Source: the human T2T-CHM13v2.0 reference genome, Homo sapiens
Strand: one strand, 5' to 3'
Assembly: GCF_009914755.1 (NCBI RefSeq)
Contig: NC_060942.1
Length of the DNA: 64,000 bases
A program made the translations under genes and the position numbers. Under the pieces are notes generated by a model. It saw nothing but the letters and a program-made list of their open reading frames with translations, ran no database searches and had not been told where the DNA came from. Shown here piece by piece: positions 27,400-38,239 of this stretch (positions within the stretch are counted from its first letter, which is position 1; each line of letters starts with the position of its first letter).

Positions 27400-28570
27400 G
27401 GTAAAAAGTCAACAGAATCAAATTCAGAGATAATTCAGATGTTGGAACTAAATGCAAGTAATTTAAAATAATAATGATCAAAATGTTAAAGGATCTAGTT
27501 AAAAAAAGACAACATGTATGGAAAAATGAGGAATTTCAGCAAAGATGGGAACAGTAAAAGGCAAAATCTAGAAATAAGTGAAAGCATGAGAACAGAGATG
27601 AAGAATTACATCAGCAAGCTGATTAGCAGACTGGTCATCAGAGTTAAAGAAAGAAGCAGTAAATTTTATACTAGGTCAATACAAATCATTTGAATGGTAG
27701 CACAAAGGGAGGAAAGAGAAAAACCAAATAAACCAATAAACCAAGCAAATAAAATACTCCAGTGAATCCAAGAATTCTCTGGTAATATGAAATTAACTAA
27801 AATACAATTAATTGGAATTACAGAAGGAGAGTAAAAACAGAATGTGAGAGAAGAAAAATTTGAAAAAGATGACTAAGGAGACCAAATAACCTCAAAATAT
27901 CCAAGAAAGATTAATACAAAATTTAAAGAACGCTAGAATAATCACACTAGTCAAACTGCTGAAAACCAATGATTAGCATAAATCTTGAATTCAGTCACAG
28001 AAAAAATAGGAACACTGTGTAGAGAGATAAACAGAAACAAACATTATAATGAACTGCTTGTCAGTAACTCTACAAGTCAGAAACCAATGATACAGAATTC
28101 TTAAATAACTGAAGAAAAGTCAACCCCCAATCTTATATCCATTAACTGTAATACAGCAAAAATATCAATTAAATGACATTTGCAGATTAACACTGGAAGA
28201 GTCCCTTGCTAACAGGTATGCACTAAAATAAATGTCAAAATCATTTCTTGAGGCAAAAGGAATATGGAAGCAGGTGAAAGTTGAAACTACACAAAGAAAT
28301 AAATAATGCCAGAGAAGATATAAAGATATATAACCCAATTATTTTACATTGCTCTAAAGATAATTGTCTAATTTTTTAAAAAAAGAGTAACTTTATATTA
28401 TGGAATTCATAATATTTGAGACTATAATGCATGACATAAATAGTATAAAGGAGAGAGGAAACAGAAATATACATTTTAAGGTTTTTATACCATAGTTGGT
28501 ATAGTACAAATTATAGGTTACTGTAATAAGCTAGGATAGGTATTGAAATCTCTAGAAAAACCATGAACAT
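27400..28570 (+). mobile_element. Very old L1 (L1M) ORF1-region remnant
   Basis: A-rich sequence with GAATTTCAGC...ATTAGCAGACTGG...AATTGGAATTACAGAAGGAGAG...TCAAACTGCTGAAAACCAA motifs. Confidence 0.55.
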
Positions 28571-28614
28571 TTTTTAAAAATGGTATGTGCATTGTTTTCA
28601 TAGAACTTCCAGCT

Positions 28615-28934
28615 TTTGTTTTTATTCATTTACTTTTATTTATTTTTTTTGAGATGGAGTCTCGCCCTGTTGCCCAGGCTGCAGTGCAATGGTGTGATCT
28701 CAGCTCACTGCAACCACCTCCGCCTCCCAGGGTTCCAATGATTCTCCTGCCTCAGCCTCCTGAGTAGCTGGGATTACAGGTGCCCACCACCATGCCCAGC
28801 TAATTTTTGTATTTTTAGTAGAGACGGGGTTTCACCATGTTGGCCAGGCTTGTCTCAAACTCCTGGCCTCATGATCGGCCCACCTCGGCTTCCCAAAGTG
28901 CTGGGATTACAGACTTGAGACACCATACCAGGCC
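28615..28934 (-). mobile_element. AluS
   Basis: Reverse dimeric Alu. Confidence 0.93.
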
Positions 28935-29094
28935 CCAGCTTTTAGTTTTTAAGGTAGTTGTTGTGTTATTACATGTGAAGTAAGGTTATTCTTAAATATC
29001 CATGTTTTGAGAATTAATGATAATGACAAATTAATTTATCTCAATCTAAATGACATTTTAATATTAAATATTTAAATATTTTTATTATTTTTCC

Positions 29095-29548
29095 TTTTTA
29101 ACAGAAGTCATTCTAACTGGTGTGAGATGGTATTTCACTGATGTTTTGTTTTGCATTTCTCTGATGATTAGTGATGGTATGCATGTGTTAATATGTTTGT
29201 TGGCCACATATGTGTTCTTCTGAAAACTGTCTGTTCACGTTCTTTGCCCATTTTTTAATGGGGTTATTTATTTTTTGCTCGTTGATTTGCCTAAGTCTCT
29301 TATGGCTTCTGGATAATAGGCCTTTGCTGTATGCATAGTGTGTGAATATTTTCTTCCATTCTGTAGCTGTCTGTTCAATCCCTTGAGAGTTTCTCATGCT
29401 GTGTAGAAGAAGCTCTTTAGTTTAATTAAATCATACTTGTCAATTTTCATTTTTCTGGCAATTGCTTTTGAGGACTTACCCATAAATTCATTGCCAAGTG
29501 CAATGTCCAGATGAATATTTCCTAGGTTTTCTTCCAGGATTTTTATAG
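29095..29548 (-). mobile_element. L1 ORF2 3' fragment
   Basis: TEWKKIF..., [16 protein letters not shown]. Confidence 0.85.
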
Positions 29549-29732
29549 GCAGAGGATGTAATCTCATGTCAATGGGTCTTAATAATCAAATGACTCCACA
29601 CTGAGAATCATTACTGTGAAAAATCGATTTTGTTATAATGATGGAAATTTAAACATATAAAAGTAAAAACAGATGCCACCTCTTTGCCAGAACTCCACAA
29701 GGCAAATTACTATAAGAGAGGCAGAGGAAACA

Positions 29733-29734
<2 letters not shown>

Positions 29735-29777
<43 letters not shown>
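29735..29777. repeat. (TA)n microsatellite
   Basis: Pure TA run. Confidence 0.95.
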
Positions 29778-29781
<4 letters not shown>

Positions 29782-29836
29782 CTCCAAAATATAATTTGCA
29801 GTGAAATAAATGAAAGCACATTATAAATAAACTTAC

Positions 29837-30138
29837 CTGATTTTGCAAACTAACCTGTAAAGGGATTTGTACTAATTTTTCCATTGCCTGCATTGCCCTT
29901 TCTTCTAGATCCAATTTATATTTTTGTACTTCACCAATGTGTCTTCACCAATGTGTACTTTCCATACGTTTTTTAAGATTTAATATTACTTCTTCCAACA
30001 TCTTTTTAGCCTCAAGTTTTTTACATTCCTGTTGTATTTTTTCATACATAATAACTCCTGTTGAATACCTTGATTGTTTTGAGTCAAACAGACATATTTT
30101 GAAGATACAGCTTCCAGCTCTGCTGTAAGATCATCAAA
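29837..30138 (-). pseudogene. Fossil ANKRD26/ANKRD18-family coiled-coil exon
   Basis: ttaatgtAG|TTTGATGATCTT: FDDLTAELEAVSSKYVCLTQNNQGIQQELLCMKK, frameshift, ...EVQKYKLDLEERAMQAMEKL, like recalled ANKRD26 IDDLTAELETAGSKCLHL...QYKQEIEERARQEIAEKL; donors after 29855 (GTTAG) and 29837 (GTAAGT). Confidence 0.75.
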
Positions 30139-30580
30139 CTACATTAATAAAATAATATAGCTTGAAAATGAAGTAGGCTGAGAATAATCTCATACAAAAC
30201 CAATAACAAATTTTGAAATACATTTACTTGCAATAAAATGTTATCTATAATGTAGATTCTTTAAATGTTAACCCTTAAATTACTCAGAAATTCAAGAACA
30301 AAGTAAAAGCCACCATAAGTCACATATATTCTTTACTATCATCATCTTCGCCACAGAACTTTTGCACTTGATCTTTCTTTTATTTTTCTGATAATTTGTG
30401 TCTGTTCCTCCTTAAATGGCTCTACGTTAACTCTTATTAGAAAGTTTCAAACCCCTTTCTCTCATCATCATGCCCCAAAATTTGTCAAAAAAAGTTTCAG
30501 AGATATAATATTGAGTTATTTAGGCCAAAGTCAATAAATGGCTCTTAGAATAAGACTTTGAAAATAATGTAATACTCTAT

Positions 30581-30878
30581 GCTAGGCATGGTGGCTCATG
30601 CCTGTAATCCCAGCACTATAGGAGGCTGTGGCAGAAAGATTACTTGAGGCCAGGAATTTGAAACCAGCCAGAGCAACATAGTGATAACATAATCTCGACA
30701 AAAAAAATTTTTTTTTTAAATTAGCCAGGCATGGTGACTTATGCTTGTAGATCCAACTAGTTGGGAGACTAAGGCACAAGGATGGCTTGGACTCAGAGTT
30801 CAGGGCTGCAGTGAATTATGACCAAGCCACTCCACTTCTGCCTGGATGACAGACAGAGACCATATCTCAAAAAAACAC
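30581..30878 (+). mobile_element. AluJ
   Basis: Diverged dimeric Alu. Confidence 0.85.
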
Positions 30879-31056
30879 AAAATAATCCTATAAATAAGGA
30901 TTCTAATGCCATAAGCCTTTCCCTAGGCTGTAAATGTTTTATGCTAATTTGAATTGCATTTTTAAAAGTAATGACTCTTCGGGTAGAGGCCATAGAATAC
31001 AGCACCCAGATATAAATCCACATATTTGCCTTACAAGAAATAAATCCACATTCTTG

Positions 31057-31506
31057 CCTTACAAGAGCTCCTGAAGGAAGCACTAAACATGGAAAGGGAC
31101 AAACAGTATGAGCCACTGCAAAAACATACCAAATTGTAATGACCATCGACACTATAAAGAAACTGCATTAACTAATGGGAAAAATAAACAGCTAACAACA
31201 TCATGACAGGATAAATTTCACATGTAACAATATTAACCTTAAATGTAACTGGGCTAAATGCCCCAGTAAAAAGACACAGACTGGCAAGTTGGAAAAAGAC
31301 TCAAGACCCATTGGTGTGCTGTATTCAGGAGACCCATCTCACATGCAAAGACACACACAGGCTCAAAATAAAGGGACGGAGGAATATTTACCAAGCAAAT
31401 GAAAAGCAAAAAAAAAAAAAAAAAAAAAAGCAGGGGTTGCAATCCTAGTCTCTGATAAAACAAACTTTAAATGGAAAAGATCAAAAGAGACAAAGAAGGG
31501 CATTAC
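31057..31506 (+). mobile_element. L1P fragment (ORF1 end, inter-ORF, ORF2 start)
   Basis: GCCTTACAAGAGCTCCTGAAGGAAGCACTAAAC...ATGACAGGAT...CAAAGAAGGGCATTAC. Confidence 0.9.
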
Positions 31507-31510
31507 AAAG

Positions 31511-34500
31511 CAGTGCCATCTGCTTTTCCTCAGGACTCTGCTCCATCAGCCATCAGGTGGCAGCCATTCAGGCTGTTGGAACATGGCCATCCATGCTTCT
31601 CTGAGTGGCTGAAGTTAAAGGCTGGTCCAGCTGCATCAGGAGCATGCTTGCAGAGGTGGCTGCTTGCTCTTTGAGCCAGCTTGGCCTTGCCTGGCATGCA
31701 CAGGCCCCAGCTACTGACACGCTGCTCTGAGTGAGCTTGTCCTGCCTGGGGCCAAATTCTAAGTCTGGCCAGGGCCACAGAAAGGCGAGTCCCCTGGGTG
31801 GTAATCCTGACTTTTTTCTGCACTTGAACATAAAGTCCTCCTCAAGATGGCCTGTGGTCTGCCTCTTGGCAACCAAGAAGCCTGCAGTGCCATATAAGCT
31901 CAGAGGCATGGAATAGAGCCCCAAAGGCAGTGAACACCCTGCTCCTGAGCCTGCTGCTAATTTCCACTGTGTGGCTCCATTTGCACAGCTGTTGTACTGA
32001 GGCTTGTGCATGCTGGGCAAGGACAAGCTGGCTCAAAGAGCAACCAGCCACTTCTGCAAGGGTGTGACAGGAGCAGGTAGACCAGCCACCAACCTCACTC
32101 GCTACCTGCCAGACACGGCACATCAGTTCTTCTACCCTAGAGGTAGGGCCCCAGTGCCATCTGCTTTTCCTCAGGCCTCTGCTCCATCAGCCATCAGGAG
32201 GCAGCCACACAGGCTGTGGGAACCTGCCTATCCTTGCTTCCTTGAGTAGCCGAGGTTGGTGGCTGCTCCACCTGCTCCCGGTGCACCCCTCCAAAGGTGG
32301 CTGGTTGCTCTTTGAGCCAGCTTGGCCTTGCCTGGCAAGCAGAGGCCCCAGCTACTGACACGCTCCTCTGAGTGAGCTTGTCCTGCCTTGGCCCAAATTC
32401 TAAGTCTGGTCAGGTCCACAGAAGGCAGAGTCCCCTGGGTGGTAATGCTGGCTGCTTTCTGCATTTGAACACAAAGTCCTCCTCAAGATGACCTGTGGTC
32501 TGCCTCTTGGCAATGAAGAAGCCCGCAGTGCCATATGAGCCCTGAGGCATGGACTGGAGCCCCAAAGGCAGTGCACACCGTGCTCCTGATCCTGCTGCTC
32601 ATTTCCTCTCTGTGGCTCCATTTGTAGCACAGTTGTTGCACTGAGGCTTGTGCATGCCGAGCGAAGCCAAGCTGGCTCAAAGAGGAACCAGCCACCTCCG
32701 CAAGGGTGTGCCAGGAGCCAGTGGAGCAGACACTAAACTCACTCGCTGCCGGTTGGGGCACATCAGTTCTTCTCCCATAGAGGTTGGGCCCCAGTGCCAT
32801 CTGCTTTTCCTCAGGCCTCTGCTCCATCAGTCTCCAGGTGGCAGCCAGTCAGACTGTTGGAACCTGGCCATCTGTGCTTCCTTGTGTGGGTCAGTTTGAT
32901 GGCTGCTACATCTGCTCCAGGCACACCCTTGCGGAGGTGGCTGGTTGCTCTTTGAGACAGCTTGGCCTTGCCTGGCATGCACAGGCTCCAGCTACTGACA
33001 CGCTGCTCTGAGTGAGCTTGTCGTGCATTAGGCCAAATTCTAAGTCCAGTCAGGGCCACAGAAGGCAGAATCCCCTGGGTGGTAATCCTGGCTGCTTTCT
33101 GCACTTGAACATAAAGTCCTCCTCAAGATGGCCTGTGGTCTGCCTCTTTGCAACCAAGAAGCCCACAGAGCCATATTAGCCCCGAGGCATTGACTGGAGC
33201 CCCAAACGCAGCACACACCCTGCTCCTGAGCCTGCTGCTCTGTTTTCTCTGTGTGGCTCCATTTGTAGCACAGTTGTTGTACTGAGGCTTGTGCATGCTG
33301 GGTAAGGCCAAGCTGGCTCAAAGAGCAACCAGCCACTTCTGCAAGGGTGTGCCAGGAGCAGGTGGACCAGCCACCAACCTCACTCACAGCCGGTCGGTGT
33401 ACATCACTTCTTGTACCCAAGAGGTAGAGCCCCAGTGCCATCTGCTTTTCCTCAGGCCTCTGCTCCATCAGTCATCAGGACGCAGCCATGCAGGCTGTGG
33501 GAACCTGGCCATCCCTACTTCCTTGAGTGGGTGAGGTTGGTGGCTGCTCCACCTGCTCCAGGTGCACCTTTGCAGAGGTGGCTGGTTGCTCTTTGAGCCA
33601 CCTTGGCCTTGCCTGGCATACACAGGCCCCAGCTACTGACATGCTGCTCTGAGTGAGCTTGTTCTGCTTTGGCCCAAATTTTCTCTCTGTCCAGGGCAGA
33701 GTCCCCTGGGTGGTAATCCTGCCTGCTTTCTGCACTTGAACATCAAGTCCTCCTCAGGATGGCCTGTGGTCTGCCTCTTTGCAACGAAGAAGCCTGCAGT
33801 GCCACACGAGCCCTGAGGCATGGACTGGAGCCCCAAAGGCAGCGCACACCCTGATCCTGAGCCTGCTGCTCATTTCCTCTCTGTGACTCCATACCTAGCA
33901 CAGATGTTGCACTGAGGCTTGTGTATGCCAGGCAAGGCCAAGCTGGCTCAAAGAGCAACCAGCCAACTCTGCAAGCGTGTGCCAGGAGCCAGTGGAGCAG
34001 CCACCAAACTCACTTGTTGCAGGTCAGAGCACATCAGTTCTTCTACCCTAGAGGTAGGGCCCCAGTGCCATCCGCTTTTCCTCAGGCCTTTGCTCCATCA
34101 GCCATCAGGAGGCAGCCACTCAGGCCGTGGGAACTTGGCCATCCCTACTTCCTTGAGTAGCTGAGGTTGGTGGCTGCTCCACATGTCCCAGGTGCACCCT
34201 TGCAGAGGTGACTGGTTCCTATTTGAGTCAGCTTGGCCTTGCCTGGCATGCATAGTCTCCACCTACTGACATGCTGCTGTGAGTGAGTTTGTCCTGCCTT
34301 GGCCCAAATTCTAAGTCTGGTCAGGGCCACAGAATGCCAAGTCCCCTGGGTGGTAATCCTGCTGCTTTCTGTACTCGAACATAAAGTCCTCCTCAAGACA
34401 GCCTGTGGTCTGCCTCTTGGCAACCAAGAAGCCCGCAGTGACATACGAGCCCCGAGCCATGGACTGGAGCACCAACGGCAGTGTACACCCTACTCCTGAG

Positions 34501-35310
34501 CCTGCCTCTAATGTCCTCTGTGTGGTTCCATTTGTAGAACAGTTGTTGCACTGAGACTTGTGCATGCTGGGCAAGGCCAAGCTGGCTCAAAGAGCAACCA
34601 GCAACCTCTGCAAGGGTGTGCCAGGAGGAGGTGGACCAGCCACGAACATCACTCGCTGCCGGACATGGTACCTCAGTTCTTCTACCCTAAAGGTAGGGCC
34701 CCAGTGCCATCTGCTTTTCCTCAGTCCTCTGCTCCATCAGCCATCAGGTGGCAGCCACTCAGGCTGTGGGAACCTGGCCATCCCGGCTTCGTTGAGGGGG
34801 TGAGATTGGTGGCTGGTCCAACTGCTCTAGGCACACCCTTGCAGAGGCGTCTGGTTGCTCTTTGAGCCAGCTTGGCTTTGCCTGGCATGCACAGGCCCCA
34901 GGTACTGACACACTGCTCTGAGTGAGCGTGTCATGCCTGGGACCAAATTCTAAGCCTGGCCAGGGTCACAGAAGCCTGAGTCCCCTAGGTTGTAATCCTG
35001 GCTGCTTTCTGCACTTGAACATAAAGTCCTCCACAAGATGGCCTGTGATCTGCCTCTTGGCAACCAAGAAGCCCAAAGTGCCATATGAGCCCTGAGGCAT
35101 GGACTGGAGCCCCAAAGGCAATGTACACCCTGCTCCTGAGCCTGCTGGTCATTTTCTGTGTGGCTCCATTTGTAACACAGTTGTTGCACTGAGGCTTGTG
35201 CATGCCAGGCAAGGCCAAGCTGGCTCAAAGAGCAACCAGCCACCTCTGCAAGGATCCACCTGGAGCAGGTGGACCAGCCACCAACCTCACCCACTTAAGG
35301 AAGCAGGGAA
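31511..35310. repeat. ~640-bp x ~6 tandem array with internal ~105-bp inverted arms
   Basis: Anchor CAGTGCCATC(T/C)GCTTTTCCTCAG at 31511, 32152, 32792, 33433, 34063, 34702. Confidence 0.95.
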
Positions 35311-35365
35311 TGTGTGTTTGTACCATGCATTTCACTACAAGTACATTTCTCCTGAGTTTGGTGGC

Positions 35366-36960
35366 CTAGGTTTTCTTCTAGGTTTTTTATGGTTTTAGGT
35401 CTTAAGTTTAACTCTTCAATCCATCTTAAGTTAATTTTTGTATAAAGTGTAAGGAAGTGGCCCAGTTTCAGTTTTCTGCATATGGCTAGCCAGTTTTCCT
35501 AACACCATTTATTGAATAAGGAATCCTTTCCCCATTGCTTGTTTTTGTCAGGTTTGTCAAAGATCAGCTGGTTTTAGATGTGTGGTGTCATTTCTGAGGC
35601 CTCTGTTCTGTTCAATTTGTCTATATATCTGGTTTGGTACCAGTACCATGCTGTTTTGGTTACTGTAGCCTTGTAGAATAGTTTGAAGTCAGGTACTGTG
35701 ATGCCTCCAGCTTTGTTCTTTTTGCTTAGGATTGTCTTGGCTACGCGAGCTCTTTTTTGGCTCCATATGAAATTTAAAGTAGTGTTTCTAATTGTGGGAA
35801 GAAAGTCAACGGTAGCTTGATGGAGATAGCACTGATTCTATAAATTACTTTAGGAGATATGGCATTCAGGCACAGAAATGTCCTTGTGTTAGGCAATACC
35901 ATTCAGGACATAGGCATGGGCGAAGACTTCATCACTAGAACACCAAAAGCGATGGCAACAAAAGCCAAAATTGACAAATGGGATCTAATTAAACTAAAGA
36001 GTGTCTGCAAAGCAAAAGAAACTATCATCAGAGTGAACAGGCAACCCTCAGAATGGGAGAAAATTGTTGCAATCTATCCATCTGACAAAGGGCTAATATG
36101 CAGAATCTATAAAAACTTAAACAAATTTACAAGAAAAAAACAAACAACCCCATCAAAAAGTGGGCAAAGGATACAAACAGACACTTCCCAAAGGAGACAT
36201 TTATGCAGCCAACGAACATGTGAAGCAAAGCACTGGTCATTAGAGAAATGGAATTCAAAACCATAATGAGATACAATCTTACGCCACTTGGAATGGCCAT
36301 CATTAAAAAATCAGGAAACAACAGATGCTGGAGAGGATGTGGAGAAATAGGAATGCTTTTACACTGTTGGTGGGAGTATAAATCAGTTCAACCATCGTGG
36401 AAGACAGTGTGATGATTCCTCAAGGATCTACAACTAGAAATACCATTTGACTCAGCAATCCCATTACAGTGTATATACTCAAAAAAATATAAATCATTCC
36501 AATATAAAGACACATGCACACGTATGCTTATTGCAGCAGTGTTCACAACAGCAAAGACTTGGAACCAACCCAAATACCCACCAATGATAGACTGGATAAA
36601 GAAAATGTGGCATATATACACCATGGAATACTATGCAGTCATAAAAAAGGATGAGTTCATATCCTTTGCAGGGACATGGATGAAGCTGGAAACTGTCATT
36701 CTCAGCAAACTAACACAAAAACAGAAAACCAAACACCACATGATCTCACTCATAAGTGGGAGCTGAACAATGAGAACACATGGACACAGGAAGGGAAACA
36801 TCACACACAAGGGCCTGTCAGGGTTGGGGGCTAGAAAAGGGATGGCATTAGATCATGGGTTGGTGCATGCAGCAAGCCACCACAGCATGTGTATACGTAT
36901 GTAACAAACCTGCACGTTCTGCACATGTACCCCAGAACTTAAAGTATAATTTAAAAAAAA
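35366..36960. mobile_element. 5'-inverted L1PA: minus segment ~35366-35855, plus segment ~35889-36960 with 3'UTR and A-tail
   Basis: Left end of the inverted part (rc CCTAGAAGAAAACCTAG) abuts GCAATACCATTCAGGAC of the plus part in the L1 consensus. Confidence 0.85.
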
Positions 36961-37039
36961 GAAATTTGCTTTTAATTAATCTTTTCATCATAGAACTTGT
37001 AAAGAAAATACTTCTGAATCTTCTACTACCACATCATAG

Positions 37040-37925
37040 CTGGGACAAACTGCTGATATTTTAAAAGTAACACAAATATCAAACAGAAAGAACTAGACTT
37101 AGGAACCAAACTCAGGTTTCTGTAGTGAACAGGGCAGAATCTTAACTTTGGGTCGCCACCACTACTCCTTCAGTTTGGCCTTGGCTAGCAAAAGATGCAA
37201 CCACTTATGTAAAAAATAAAAATAAAAAAGTTAAAAAAAATCATTTCTGCTAACTGGATTTTTTTTTTTTTTTTTTGCAGCCACATGAGTTTTAGCCAAT
37301 TCAGAAGCCTTGTTCCCCACAATTTGGAGCATTCTTTGGATCTGACCAAGTCAGGAAGAGATGGGAGAAAAGTGAAACAACATCAACAAAACCCCAAACA
37401 TAAACAAACAAAAAGAGTTAAGCAAAACAAACAAATGCACAATTCATATGATTACTGAATGTTCTAATGGTAAGGAGAAATTAAAAGCAGCTGGTGAGTA
37501 ATCTTAAATTTTAGTCATTAAGGAAAAATTTTAAGACAAAACTCTAATTCAGCTACTTACCTGGAAATAAGTCTCAGGCTAGTGATTGTTCTCTGCCATC
37601 TTAGAAGCTGGAAAAAACTTACACTCACCTTCCCTGTCAGAAGCAAGCTGAAACTCAAGAAAGGAGGTGCCTGCTCTCCATCATCATGGAAGCAGGAAAA
37701 CTTGCCTTGTTGGAAATAAGTAAAACTTCAGAAAAGGAGTTGTATGGCAATCAATCTTAGATATCAACCAAATTTTGGGAGATCAGGGATTCTCTGCAGG
37801 GGAGAAGCTCCCTAACCTCAGCACATTATCCTATTGGTTTGGGCAATAAAGATAGCCCAGGTTGGTATCAAGCAATAATGAGATTTATCAAAGGTCAGGA
37901 CCACCTTTGTAATCTCCTTCTCTGT
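37040..37925. mobile_element. Possible ERV1 (MER4-group) internal fragment
   Basis: Resemblance by eye only (GTTAAGCAAAACAAACAAATGCACAATTCATATGATTACTGA); family not certain. Confidence 0.35.
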
Positions 37926-37926
37926 G

Positions 37927-38233
37927 TTTTTTTTTTTTTTTTTTTTTTTTTTTGAGACGGAGTCTCACTGTCTCTCCCGGGCTGCAGTGCAGTGGCACGA
38001 CCTTGGCTCACTGCAAGCTCCACCTCCCAGGTTCACACCATTCTCCTGCCTCAGCCTCCCAAGTAGCTGGGACTACAGGCACCCGCCACCATGCCCAGCT
38101 AATTTTTTGTATTTTTTGTAGAGACGGGGTTTCACCGTGTTAGCCAGGATGGTCTTGATCTCCTGACCTTGTGATCCATCCATCTCAGCCTCCGAAAGTG
38201 CTGGGATTACAGGCGTGAACCACCGCGCCCAGC
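37927..38233 (-). mobile_element. AluY/Sc
   Basis: Reverse Alu with CTGCAAGCTCC and TTAGCCAGGATGGTCT; long T-tail. Confidence 0.93.
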
Positions 38234-38239
38234 CCTCTG

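Noticed and set aside
31511-35310. Array as a CRISPR-like repeat-spacer system
   Set aside because: Spacers are homologous between units rather than unique; eukaryotic context; no cas-like genes
31471-35398. Repeated ORFs such as QLGLAQHAQASVQQLCYKW
   Set aside because: Frames are not conserved between units; frequent stops and indels
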